A DNA stretch of 61,442 nt, filler included, from 5 parts of 5 records of this genome joined end to end with filler, not necessarily neighbours in it; one strand, 5' to 3'; shown: positions 9,544 to 18,026, counted from the whole stretch's first letter. Numbers and translations are program-made. The notes: generated from the sequence alone by a model not told the origin.

Positions 9544-10347
9544 TTATCCCCGCAAACGCCGAATCACGGGGGATGCCATCCCGACCAGCAGGAACAACCC
9601 CGCTGCCGAAATCACGATGCTGGGCCCCGCCGGGCTGTCGATATGCCACGAAAGGCTGATCCCCGCCATGACCGATGCCGCGCCAAACACGGCCGCACCA
9701 ATCGCCATCTGTTCGGGTGTTCTGGCAAAAAACCGTGCACTGGCGGCGGGCACGATCAAAAGGGCGGTGATCAGAAGAACCCCGACAATCTTGATCGCCA
9801 TGCCGATCACAAGCGCCATCAGCAGCATGAAAACCAGACGCAGCCTCTCGACCGGAATGCTTTCGGCCGCGGCAATTTCCGGGCTGACGGTAAGGGCGAG
9901 TAATGGCCGCCACATCCAGACCAGAACGGCCAGTGCCAATCCACCGCCCAGCCCCAAAAGCCAGATATCGGCAACATTGACCGCCAGAATATCGCCAAAC
10001 AGATAGGCCATCAGGTCAACCGCAATCCCCTGCACAAAGGCAAGGGCGACCATGCCTAGCGCCAGCGTCGAATGCGCAAGCATCCCCAGAACCGTATCAC
10101 TGCCAAGGCGGCTTTGGCGTTGACCGATGGCAAGGATAAGGGCGGCGGCAAGGCAGGTGGCAATCATCCCGATCCGGACATCCACCCCGACCAGAAGCCC
10201 GAGTGCCACACCCAGCAACGCCGAATGCGCCAGCGTATCGCCAAAAAACGCCATCCGCCGCCAGACGATAAACGCCCCGAACGGCCCGCAGACAAATGCC
10301 AGCAAAATCCCGCCGATCACCGCACGGGTCAGAAAATCATCCATCAT
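9544..10347 (-). CDS. znuB: zinc ABC transporter permease
   Basis: WRRMAFFGDTLAH, YLFGDIL, PAASAR and PAGPSI motifs; start placed at the ATGA overlap with the znuC stop. Confidence 0.93.
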   Translation of the reverse strand: MMDDFLTRAVIGGILLAFVCGPFGAFIVWRRMAFFGDTLAHSALLGVALGLLVGVDVRIGMIATCLAAALILAIGQRQSRLGSDTVLGMLAHSTLALGMVALAFVQGIAVDLMAYLFGDILAVNVADIWLLGLGGGLALAVLVWMWRPLLALTVSPEIAAAESIPVERLRLVFMLLMALVIGMAIKIVGVLLITALLIVPAASARFFARTPEQMAIGAAVFGAASVMAGISLSWHIDSPAGPSIVISAAGLFLLVGMASPVIRRLRG

Positions 10348-11213
10348 TGCGGCCGCCATATCCGATCTTTTTCGTCGATTTCTTCTTCATGATGATGATG
10401 TCCATGCGCGCATCCCGGCCCATGAACATGGCTCGACCCGTGATGATGGCCATGATGATGACCATGATCATGCCCGCCCTCGACAATATGCCCGGCAAGA
10501 TCATGTTCGTGATCATGCGCATGGGTATAAATGCCAATCGCATCCGCCGCCTGATTGCCAAACAACGACCGGTATTCAGGATGCTGGCGCACGGTTTCAG
10601 GGATGCCCGAACAACAGACATGCCGGTTAAAGCACACCACCTGATCGGTCTTTGCCATCACCAGATGCAGATCATGCGATATCATCAGAACCGCACAGTT
10701 AAGTTCCGCCCGGATATCATCGATCAGTCGGTAAAGCTCCGCCTGCCCGGTCACATCCACACCCTGGGTCGGCTCGTCAAGCACCAGCAATTCCGGGCGC
10801 AGCAACAATGTCCGCGCCAGCATCACGCGCTGCGTCTCGCCGCCTGAAAGGCTGCTCATCTGAGTATCGATCACATGGCTTGCACCGACCTGATCCAGAA
10901 CCTTCTGGCAGTCGCTGCGCGATGCCGACCGGGTGAGCGTCAGGAACCGCTTCACCGTCATCGGCAAAACCTGATCAATCGCAAGCTTTTGCGGCACATA
11001 ACCAATACGAAGGCCCGGCTTGCGGGTGACTTCGCCCTGATCGGCCTGCTGAAGCCCAAGAAGGGTTTTGACCAATGTTGATTTGCCCGCCCCGTTCGGC
11101 CCGATCAGGGTCATGATCTCGCCCGCCTTGATCGAAAGCGTGACGTTATCAAGCACCCGTTCATTGCCAAACGAAAGGATCAGCCCCCGCCCTTCAATGA
11201 GTGGTGCAGTCAT
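10344..11213 (-). CDS. znuC: zinc ABC transporter ATPase with His-rich C-terminal tail
   Basis: GPNGAGKST, LSGGE, LVLDEP, SHDL and HVCCSG motifs. Confidence 0.95.
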   Translation of the reverse strand: MTAPLIEGRGLILSFGNERVLDNVTLSIKAGEIMTLIGPNGAGKSTLVKTLLGLQQADQGEVTRKPGLRIGYVPQKLAIDQVLPMTVKRFLTLTRSASRSDCQKVLDQVGASHVIDTQMSSLSGGETQRVMLARTLLLRPELLVLDEPTQGVDVTGQAELYRLIDDIRAELNCAVLMISHDLHLVMAKTDQVVCFNRHVCCSGIPETVRQHPEYRSLFGNQAADAIGIYTHAHDHEHDLAGHIVEGGHDHGHHHGHHHGSSHVHGPGCAHGHHHHEEEIDEKDRIWRPQ

Positions 11214-11530
11214 GGCACAGGCCCTTGATTTCAACAGTGGTGGCTTCGATTTTAAATCCGACCTGTCTCGCCGCCTTGCGGACCGCGATGCTCACATCCT
11301 CATCCACCGTTTCGGCAACCCGGCCACATCGGGTGCAAATGAAATACTGCCCCAGATGATCGCAATCAGGCTGATCACAGCCGAAATAGGCATTAAGCGA
11401 TTCAATACGATGCACCAGCCCAAGATCAGTCAGGAATTCCAGCGCCCGATAAACCGTGGGCGGCTGCACCCGCTGCCCCTCGGCCTGAAGCGCATCCAGC
11501 AGCTCATAGGCCGTCACCGCCTTGTGCGAT
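11194..11530 (-). CDS. zur: Fur-family zinc uptake regulator, 5'-truncated
   Basis: AYELL, PPTVYRALEFL, VHRIES, two CxxC motifs; directly upstream of znuC. Confidence 0.9.
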
Positions 11531-11630
11531 NNNNNNNNNNNNNNNNNNNNNNNNNNNNNNNNNNNNNNNNNNNNTTAATTAATTAANNNNNNNNNNNNNN
11601 NNNNNNNNNNNNNNNNNNNNNNNNNNNNNN
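11531..11630. other. artificial contig spacer
   Basis: N44-TTAATTAATTAA-N44. Confidence 0.99.
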
Positions 11631-11632
11631 CG

Positions 11633-12046
11633 AACAACACGACGGCGAATAACACCACCGCCAACAACACGTCGGCGAACAACACCGCGAACTACACGCC
11701 CGTCGAGCCTTACGATGGCGAGCGCGTGATGGCCTGTTCCGAGGCGAGCTTCTCGGACTGCTTCGAGAACTCGGACTGCATGGACAGCGAGCGTTGCGAG
11801 GACATCGGCGATGGGATCGAGGTGCCTTGTTGCGTGCCTGGTCCTCGCGGCGAGATCCCTGTGGGCGAGGCCTGCGGTGATGGCGGTGAGATCCAGTGCC
11901 AGACGGGTGTCTGCATCGGTCGCAATGATGGCGCCGAGCTCTGCACGACCGGGTGCGAGACTGACGCGGATTGTCCTGCGTCGGTGCCCGAGTGCTTCGA
12001 CATCCCGTTCGCTGGCAAGTACTGCGTGGAAGCTTCGCAAGAGTGA
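11633..12046 (+). CDS. Cys-rich exported protein with NNTTA-repeat linker, 5'-truncated
   Basis: Open frame NNTTANNTTANNTSANNTANY followed by a Cys-rich domain (CTTGCETDADCP..EC...C) typical of myxobacterial surface proteins. Confidence 0.7.
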   Translation, partial: NNTTANNTTANNTSANNTANYTPVEPYDGERVMACSEASFSDCFENSDCMDSERCEDIGDGIEVPCCVPGPRGEIPVGEACGDGGEIQCQTGVCIGRNDGAELCTTGCETDADCPASVPECFDIPFAGKYCVEASQE

Positions 12047-12124
12047 AGCTTTGACGCGGCCTCTCGAGGTGGGATGATCTCGTTTGTGTTGTTTGCACAA
12101 ACCTGATAACACCACCTCGACCTT

Positions 12125-12316
12125 GGAGCTGTGAGGCAGGAAGTCCGGTGTGAGACCGGCGCTGCCCCCGCAACTGTAAGCGGTGACGAGCTCGACAAGC
12201 CCCATCTCCTTCTTGCCTTGCTGTACGGAGGAGGGGGAACCACTGGCCACTGAAGAATGGCTGGGAAGGTGTCGAGCGAGGATGATCCGCGAGCCAGGAT
12301 ATTGGCTCACAGCTCT
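12125..12316 (+). ncRNA. cobalamin (B12) riboswitch
   Basis: aGGAAgtccGGTGtgAgaCCggcgCTGcccCcGCAACTGTAA core, CCACTG...TGGGAAGG, B12 box GAGCCAGGA, closing 10-bp helix gagctgtgag/ctcacagctc. Confidence 0.93.
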
Positions 12317-12550
12317 TTCTATCTCACTTCGCACGGGTCGGTCGTGAAGGAGATGGAGCCAGAGTTTCTCATCGGGATACGACGGCTTCGATTGGATGTT
12401 TCGAGCGGTTGTTTCTTCGGCTGCGAAACAAAAGAGGATGCGCCGAGCGCGCCTCCCTCCCTTTCGACGCACAAACCTTCCTTTGCTCTGCGCTGCTTCT
12501 CTGACGACGACGCCTGTCGATCGCTTCCCACTTGTAGGAAGGAGGAGCAC

Positions 12551-13381
12551 ATGTCCCGAGCTCTCATCAAACACAACCGTTGTGGTCTGCTCATGACCAG
12601 TGTCGCTTTCTGTCTGTTGGCCGCGTGTGGTCCGACCGACGAAGACAACAACGGCATGTCCAACAACTCCACGACCGCCAACAATAACAGCGATCGACCG
12701 ACCGATACGCTCGATATCACGGGGTCTTACGCGAGCATCTACTCGCTCGAGGAGATCTCCTCGTCGACCTGGGGCGACTTCGCCGTCGTCTACGCACACA
12801 ACGAGGAGAACTGGGTTGTTCTGCAGACGTCGATGGACGCCGAGTTCAACCCGAACACGTTTAGCTACGTGGTCTACACCGAGCCTGCCGCGGATGGTTC
12901 GTTCTACTACTGCACCGCCGAGTTTGGCCTCGCCACCGAAGAGGAGGCGCGCAATTCGACGATGATGCCTGACGCCTCCTCGCCCGAAACGGGCGGCTGC
13001 GGCGACTTCCCCTGGACCAAGCTCGAGGCCAACGACGAGTTCGAGCTCGTCGGGAACTACTCGGGTGATTTTGGCGAAGAGGCTGTCACCCAGACGGACT
13101 GGACGACGTTTGGCACCACGCAGACGATCATCTCGTACAACAACGCCTCCAATAAAGCTGTGCGACAGCTTCCACCGGATGATCAGTTCAACCCGGACAA
13201 GTTCAACCGCATCGTCTGGCTCGAGCCAGACGCGGATGGCACGTTCTACTACTGCACCGAGGTGATCAGCGCAGACACCGCCGAGGAGGCGTGGGCCGAT
13301 ATGGCCAGCGCCGACGCGAGCGATCCTGATAACGGCGGCTGCGGCGGGTTCCCCTGGACCAAGCTCACGGTCGCGCAGTGA
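12551..13381 (+). CDS. hypothetical lipoprotein made of two ~110-aa repeats, B12-riboswitch controlled
   Basis: GGAGGAG RBS at 12541; lipobox LLAAC; duplicated FNP..F....EP.ADG.FYYCT...A...DAS.P..GGCG.FPWTKL. The ORF-track start at 12257 lies inside the riboswitch and is rejected. Confidence 0.85.
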   Translation: MSRALIKHNRCGLLMTSVAFCLLAACGPTDEDNNGMSNNSTTANNNSDRPTDTLDITGSYASIYSLEEISSSTWGDFAVVYAHNEENWVVLQTSMDAEFNPNTFSYVVYTEPAADGSFYYCTAEFGLATEEEARNSTMMPDASSPETGGCGDFPWTKLEANDEFELVGNYSGDFGEEAVTQTDWTTFGTTQTIISYNNASNKAVRQLPPDDQFNPDKFNRIVWLEPDADGTFYYCTEVISADTAEEAWADMASADASDPDNGGCGGFPWTKLTVAQ

Positions 13382-14118
13382 GCTGGCGCAAGACCGAGAT
13401 ATTGTGCTTGCTCCTCGCGTCCTCCCTCACCGCTTGCGGCTTCGAGGACGAGCCAGAAAATCCCGAAGGCGCTGATGACTCCGAACTCCAGCAAGAGGAG
13501 ATGGAAGAGGTGGAAGAGCCCGAGGTCGTCGAGAGAGACTGGCGCGAAGAGGGGCTCCCTTACGCGGACGAGGTCATCTCGTTCGAGCCGGGCGCTGGCG
13601 CTGGTTACGGCCAGGAGAAGATGCCCGAGGTCGCGCTCGGACCTCCCGTGGGGAAGGGGACGGGTGCAGGTTCGTTCGATGTCGTCAGCCTCGGCGTGGG
13701 TGGTGAAATCATCCTCTCCGTCGGAGATGGTTTCATCGTCGATGGCCAGGGCGATGACTTCATCGTCTACGAGAACCCCTTCTGGGCCTCCAAAGATCCG
13801 CTCCAGGTCTTCGCTGAACTCGGCGAGGTTTCGGTGAGCGAGGATGGCGAGGAGTGGTTCACGTTCCCCTGCATGCTCGAGCCAGAGCCGCAAGCGCAGT
13901 GGCACGGTTGCGCGGGGTGGACGCCGACGCTGGTCTACGATCCTTTCGAGCATCCGCAGCTCGATCAGGAAGTCACCGGAGGGGACGCGTTCGATCTCTC
14001 GGTCGTGGGGTTGGAGCGAGCGAAGTACGTCAAGATCCGCGACCTCTCGACAGAGGGGCTCGCGCCATCAGCAGGTTTTGATTTCGACGCCATCGGTGTG
14101 ATTCACGCCGAGCGTTGA
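13378..14118 (+). CDS. cell-surface lipoprotein with a BtuH-like putative B12-binding domain
   Basis: Lipobox LTAC; GTGA overlap with the upstream gene; ALGPP..VVSLGVGGEI..IVDGQGDDFIVYENPF..E.GEVSVS.DG..W..FP..GGDAFDL..GFDFDA motifs. Confidence 0.7.
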   Translation: MSWRKTEILCLLLASSLTACGFEDEPENPEGADDSELQQEEMEEVEEPEVVERDWREEGLPYADEVISFEPGAGAGYGQEKMPEVALGPPVGKGTGAGSFDVVSLGVGGEIILSVGDGFIVDGQGDDFIVYENPFWASKDPLQVFAELGEVSVSEDGEEWFTFPCMLEPEPQAQWHGCAGWTPTLVYDPFEHPQLDQEVTGGDAFDLSVVGLERAKYVKIRDLSTEGLAPSAGFDFDAIGVIHAER

Positions 14119-14125
14119 GCTTTGC

Positions 14126-15358
14126 TCAGGCGACGAGCAAGCCTCCGTCGACCTCTTCGAGGTGGGCGAGCAAGCTCGAAGGCAGGCTCTCGGGGTTCCC
14201 CAGCAGTTGGATCTCCGAGGGCCTGTAACCCTGTAGTGTCGCGAGGTGATGCCTCGCCTTGTCGTGTTCGAGTTTGGAGATGTCGCGCGGAGGCACCATC
14301 CTGGTGTAATCGCGGGATGCCTCCTTGCCCCAGATGCCGCGAACAAACGCCGCGTTGATGGCGTTCGAGCGGCGCGGGTAAAAGAGCGCCGCGTCGAACA
14401 CGCTCGCCATATCCTTATCCAACCAGGGGAGCATCGCCGAGACGACCGAGTCGTGATCGATGAGGTTGCGCGAGGCGATCGCGTGCGGGTGCGTGAACTG
14501 ATACACCGCGCCTTGATCTGGCCCGAAGTCGAGCAGCGCGGCGTCTCCCATCGTCAGCACGAACCTGATCTTATCGCGCAATGGCGAGAAGTGATTGACC
14601 TCGGCGTAGCGCTCGAAGAAGGTCGCCGCGTCCCGGTGCAAGTGTTTGCGCGAGTCATCGCGAAGCCAGCCCACAGAGACCTTGATCCCCGCCGTGTAAC
14701 CCGCCATCACATGTGTCGAGAGGCGCGTCAGGTAGATGATGTGATCGACCTCTTCGATGATCCTCGGGAGCCAGACGCCCTCTGGCCAGTGATTCTCGAA
14801 GTCCGCTTCGGGTGAGAAGTAGCCCTTGTCCCAGCCGTGGTCATCGAAGAAGTGAGGCGTGGCGCCGGAGGATTCGATCGCGTCGAGGAGGCCGTTCTCC
14901 GACATCAACCTGCGCGTCGAGCTGACCCGGCGATCGGGGAGCAAGCGCACCGAGGCGACGCCTGATTGATCGCCGACGTAGATCTCGCCAGCGCCATGAT
15001 CCTGAAAGTATTCGACGAGCGTGGTGACGGCCTTTGGCGAGGTCGTCGCCGGGTGAACGTTGGCCGAGTTGCAGGCGACCTTGATGAAGACCGAGTCCCC
15101 TGGTTTGAGCCAGGAGAGGTCGGTGATTTCGGAGATGGCGCGCTCACAAAGCGCGCCCCAGTCACCGTTGTCGGCGAACTCGATCGCGACTTCGCCAGCG
15201 GTCTGACTTCGTGGCAGCGAGGTGAAGGATTCGGACGCGTCGCGGTTGACCTTTCCTCGAAAACATCCTGTCCCGAAGGCGCCGAGCGCACCGACGCCTG
15301 CGCCGATAAAGCCGCGGCGTGTCAGGTTGCTCGCTTTTGGATTTCCTCGCTCGCTCAT
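14126..15358 (-). CDS. Tat-exported DUF362-family protein
   Basis: LTRRGFIG twin-arginine signal; KPGDSVFIK, TTSP, VGDQSG, LSTH and IK..VG motifs. Confidence 0.75.
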   Translation of the reverse strand: MSERGNPKASNLTRRGFIGAGVGALGAFGTGCFRGKVNRDASESFTSLPRSQTAGEVAIEFADNGDWGALCERAISEITDLSWLKPGDSVFIKVACNSANVHPATTSPKAVTTLVEYFQDHGAGEIYVGDQSGVASVRLLPDRRVSSTRRLMSENGLLDAIESSGATPHFFDDHGWDKGYFSPEADFENHWPEGVWLPRIIEEVDHIIYLTRLSTHVMAGYTAGIKVSVGWLRDDSRKHLHRDAATFFERYAEVNHFSPLRDKIRFVLTMGDAALLDFGPDQGAVYQFTHPHAIASRNLIDHDSVVSAMLPWLDKDMASVFDAALFYPRRSNAINAAFVRGIWGKEASRDYTRMVPPRDISKLEHDKARHHLATLQGYRPSEIQLLGNPESLPSSLLAHLEEVDGGLLVA

Positions 15359-15429
15359 CTTGATGACCTCGGATACCTCAAAGAACGTCGCATGTTCCTT
15401 TGATTCTACGCGCGAGGTCGAAGGAGCGA

Positions 15430-17001
15430 TCAGATGTTGAACTTCGCCCTTATCCTGCTGCTCGCTGTATCGATCACGGTCACCAGCGCCAGCAGCATTA
15501 ACAACGTCGTCGCCGCCTTGGTGTAGGTGAAGTTGTTGATATAGGAGTAGAGGTAGAAGCCCACGCCGCCCGCGCCGACGACGCCAAGGATGCTCGCCGC
15601 CCTGACGTTATACTCGAACATATAGATCGTGTAGCTCGTGAGCAGCGGGAGGACTTGCGGGAAGACGCCGTAGCGAAACACATGCAGGCGCGAGGCGCCT
15701 GTGGTGCGCAATGCGACGAGCGGTTTGAGATCGATCGATTCGATCCCTTCGTAGAAGAACTTCCCCAGATAACCCGTGGCGTAGAACGTCAGCGCGAGCA
15801 CGCCAGGGAAGGGGCCGAGCCCGACGATGGCGACAAAGAACAGGCCCCAGATGATGCTGGGGATGGTGCGCATGAAGTTCAGGATGAACCGCGCGATGAT
15901 TCTCAATGGGAGCGGTGAGGTGTTTCGCGCTGCGGCGATCGAGATCGGGAGCGCGAAGATGGCGGCCATGGTGGTGCCGACGAGCGCCATCTGGATCGTC
16001 TCGAGCAGCGCGTCGAACACCGTCCCGGTGACGCTCGGATCAGGGGGGAGCATCCTCGAGAGGAAGTTCTTGGCGTTGTCCATCGAGCCGAACAGCTTCG
16101 AGGCGCTCAGCTTGAGCCCTTTCAGCGCCCATATATAGAGCGCGACGGTCGCCACGAGCCCCGCGACATAGAACGCCGCGCGTGAGGATGGCGCGTCCTC
16201 CTCACGCGGAGCGTGTGAGGTCTGCGTCTCTTCGGCAGCTTGGAGGGGCGGCTCGTGTCGTGACGCGTCGCTTTCACCGTCCTTGGAGGACTCGAGCAGG
16301 GCGCAGCCTTCCTCGGGATCGCCATCGAAGGCGAGCTTGCCTTTGTCGATGAGCAGGACGCGCGTGGCCCAGCGTCTGGCCATCTCCAGGTCGTGAAGGA
16401 TCACGAGCGAGGTTGTCTTTGGGGATGCCTCGAGCTTGCCGAGGGCGATCTCTGCCCAGTGGACATCGAGGCTCGCGATCGGTTCGTCGAGCAGCATCAC
16501 CTCAGGCGATTGCATCAACAGTCGGCACAGGCCGACGCGTTGCTGCTCGCCACCGCTGAGCTTCGCGCTGCGCGTCTTGGCGCGCTGTTTTAGCCCGAGC
16601 TCTTCGAGCAGTTTCAGCGCGTGCTCGCGTTGCTCCTGGGAGAAGTCGAGCATATGGCTCGTGGCGGCTTCTCCGTGCAACGTGCCACAGAGCACGTTGG
16701 TGATGGCGGGGAGCTGCCGCACCAGGCCGTAGTCCTGAAACATCACCCCCACGGATGCGTAGAAGTCTCGCTCAGGACGTGACGCGGCGAGGTCGTGGCC
16801 TGCGACCACGACCTCGCCGTCAGTCGGTTCGATCAGACCGGCGAGGATGCGCAGCAAGCTGGTCTTGCCGCTGCCAGAGCGCCCGATGATGGCGACGCGT
16901 TCTCCCTCTTCGATCTGAAAGCTCACCTCGTCGAGCGCCCTCACGGGGCGCTCGCCGCCTGTCGTATAGATCAGGCGGAGGTTGTCGACGCGAATGGTCA
17001 T
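15430..17001 (-). CDS. fused ABC ATPase (PhnC-like) and permease (PhnE-like)
   Basis: N-half GRSGSGKT, LSGGEQQR, LLDEP, ILHD; C-half ETIQMA..GT, RTIP, VGLGPFPG, FEYNVRAASILGVVGAGG; single open frame. Confidence 0.9.
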   Translation of the reverse strand: MTIRVDNLRLIYTTGGERPVRALDEVSFQIEEGERVAIIGRSGSGKTSLLRILAGLIEPTDGEVVVAGHDLAASRPERDFYASVGVMFQDYGLVRQLPAITNVLCGTLHGEAATSHMLDFSQEQREHALKLLEELGLKQRAKTRSAKLSGGEQQRVGLCRLLMQSPEVMLLDEPIASLDVHWAEIALGKLEASPKTTSLVILHDLEMARRWATRVLLIDKGKLAFDGDPEEGCALLESSKDGESDASRHEPPLQAAEETQTSHAPREEDAPSSRAAFYVAGLVATVALYIWALKGLKLSASKLFGSMDNAKNFLSRMLPPDPSVTGTVFDALLETIQMALVGTTMAAIFALPISIAAARNTSPLPLRIIARFILNFMRTIPSIIWGLFFVAIVGLGPFPGVLALTFYATGYLGKFFYEGIESIDLKPLVALRTTGASRLHVFRYGVFPQVLPLLTSYTIYMFEYNVRAASILGVVGAGGVGFYLYSYINNFTYTKAATTLLMLLALVTVIDTASSRIRAKFNI

Positions 17002-18026
17002 CACTTGGCCGGTGCTTCCTCGCCCTCTTTCTTCTCAGGCGCCTTGGCCTCTTTCTTCTTCTCGAGCGGGTAGTCGGCGCCGACGGCCTTTTGAGCCTTG
17101 GCGAGCGCTGCGACGTGCTCGTCGTGGGTGCGCTCGACGATCTTCTCGGCGCCGTAGATGCTCTTGAGGAGCTCCTTGTTCTCGTCGTCGTTGAGCTTCA
17201 GGAGCGCGGCCTTGACCTTGTCCTTGACCTCTTGTGGGAGGTCGCTCTTGATGGCGATGCCGTGCGTTGGCGCGGGGCCTTGCTTGACGAGGACGCGGAT
17301 CTTGCCTTGCTCTTCCTCGCTCAGGTAGCGGCCTGGAGCGTAGTCGGATGCTGCGGCTGCCTCGACCTTGCCTGCGACGAGCGCCTTGAGGGCTGCCTCG
17401 TAGCCGCCAGCGTAGAGGACCTCACCGAAGAACTCCTTGGGATCCTGCTTTGGCTTGAGGTGTCCTTCCTCGACGACCTTCGCCAGCGGGAAGAGGTAGC
17501 CGGAGGTGGAGGTCTGCGAGGTGAAGGCGATGTTCTTGCCTTTGAGCTCGGAGAGATCCTTGATTGGCGAGTCCTTGGCCACGTACCACTGCGAGTAGTA
17601 GAAGGGCTTTCCGTCGCGCTCTTCTGCGACGAGCAGCTCGACGCCAGCGGTGTTGTGCGCGATCAGGTAGGGCCAGCCGCTGAAGTAGGCGACGTGCGCG
17701 TTGTTTCCGCGCAATGCCTCGACGACCGCAGCGTAGGAGGTCGGCACGAAGATCTCGCACTTGATGCCGGTCTCTTTCTCCATGAACTCGGCGAGCTTCT
17801 TGCCGTTGAGTTGGAGCCCCTCGGGGTTCTCCTGAGGCTGGAAGGCGAAGATGAGCTTCTCGACGCCAGGCTCTTCCTTGGTGGTCGTGTCAGCGGTGGT
17901 CTCGGCGGTGGTCGCCGCGGTCTCGTTGGTCTTCTCCTTGGCCTTGTCTTCACAGCCGGTGGCGATGAAGAGCCCGAGGGCAGCAAGAACCAGGATGGCT
18001 TGGCGCGTGGCGTGGACAGAGGTCAT
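17001..18026 (-). CDS. phnD: PhnD/PtxB-family ABC substrate-binding lipoprotein
   Basis: Lipobox ATGC, SYAAVVEAL, YYS and STSGYL.P motifs. Confidence 0.85.
   Translation of the reverse strand: MTSVHATRQAILVLAALGLFIATGCEDKAKEKTNETAATTAETTADTTTKEEPGVEKLIFAFQPQENPEGLQLNGKKLAEFMEKETGIKCEIFVPTSYAAVVEALRGNNAHVAYFSGWPYLIAHNTAGVELLVAEERDGKPFYYSQWYVAKDSPIKDLSELKGKNIAFTSQTSTSGYLFPLAKVVEEGHLKPKQDPKEFFGEVLYAGGYEAALKALVAGKVEAAAASDYAPGRYLSEEEQGKIRVLVKQGPAPTHGIAIKSDLPQEVKDKVKAALLKLNDDENKELLKSIYGAEKIVERTHDEHVAALAKAQKAVGADYPLEKKKEAKAPEKKEGEEAPAK

Noticed and set aside
12257-12550. ORF-track N-terminal extension of the riboswitch-controlled lipoprotein
   Set aside because: Overlaps the riboswitch; the RBS and signal peptide point to ATG 12551
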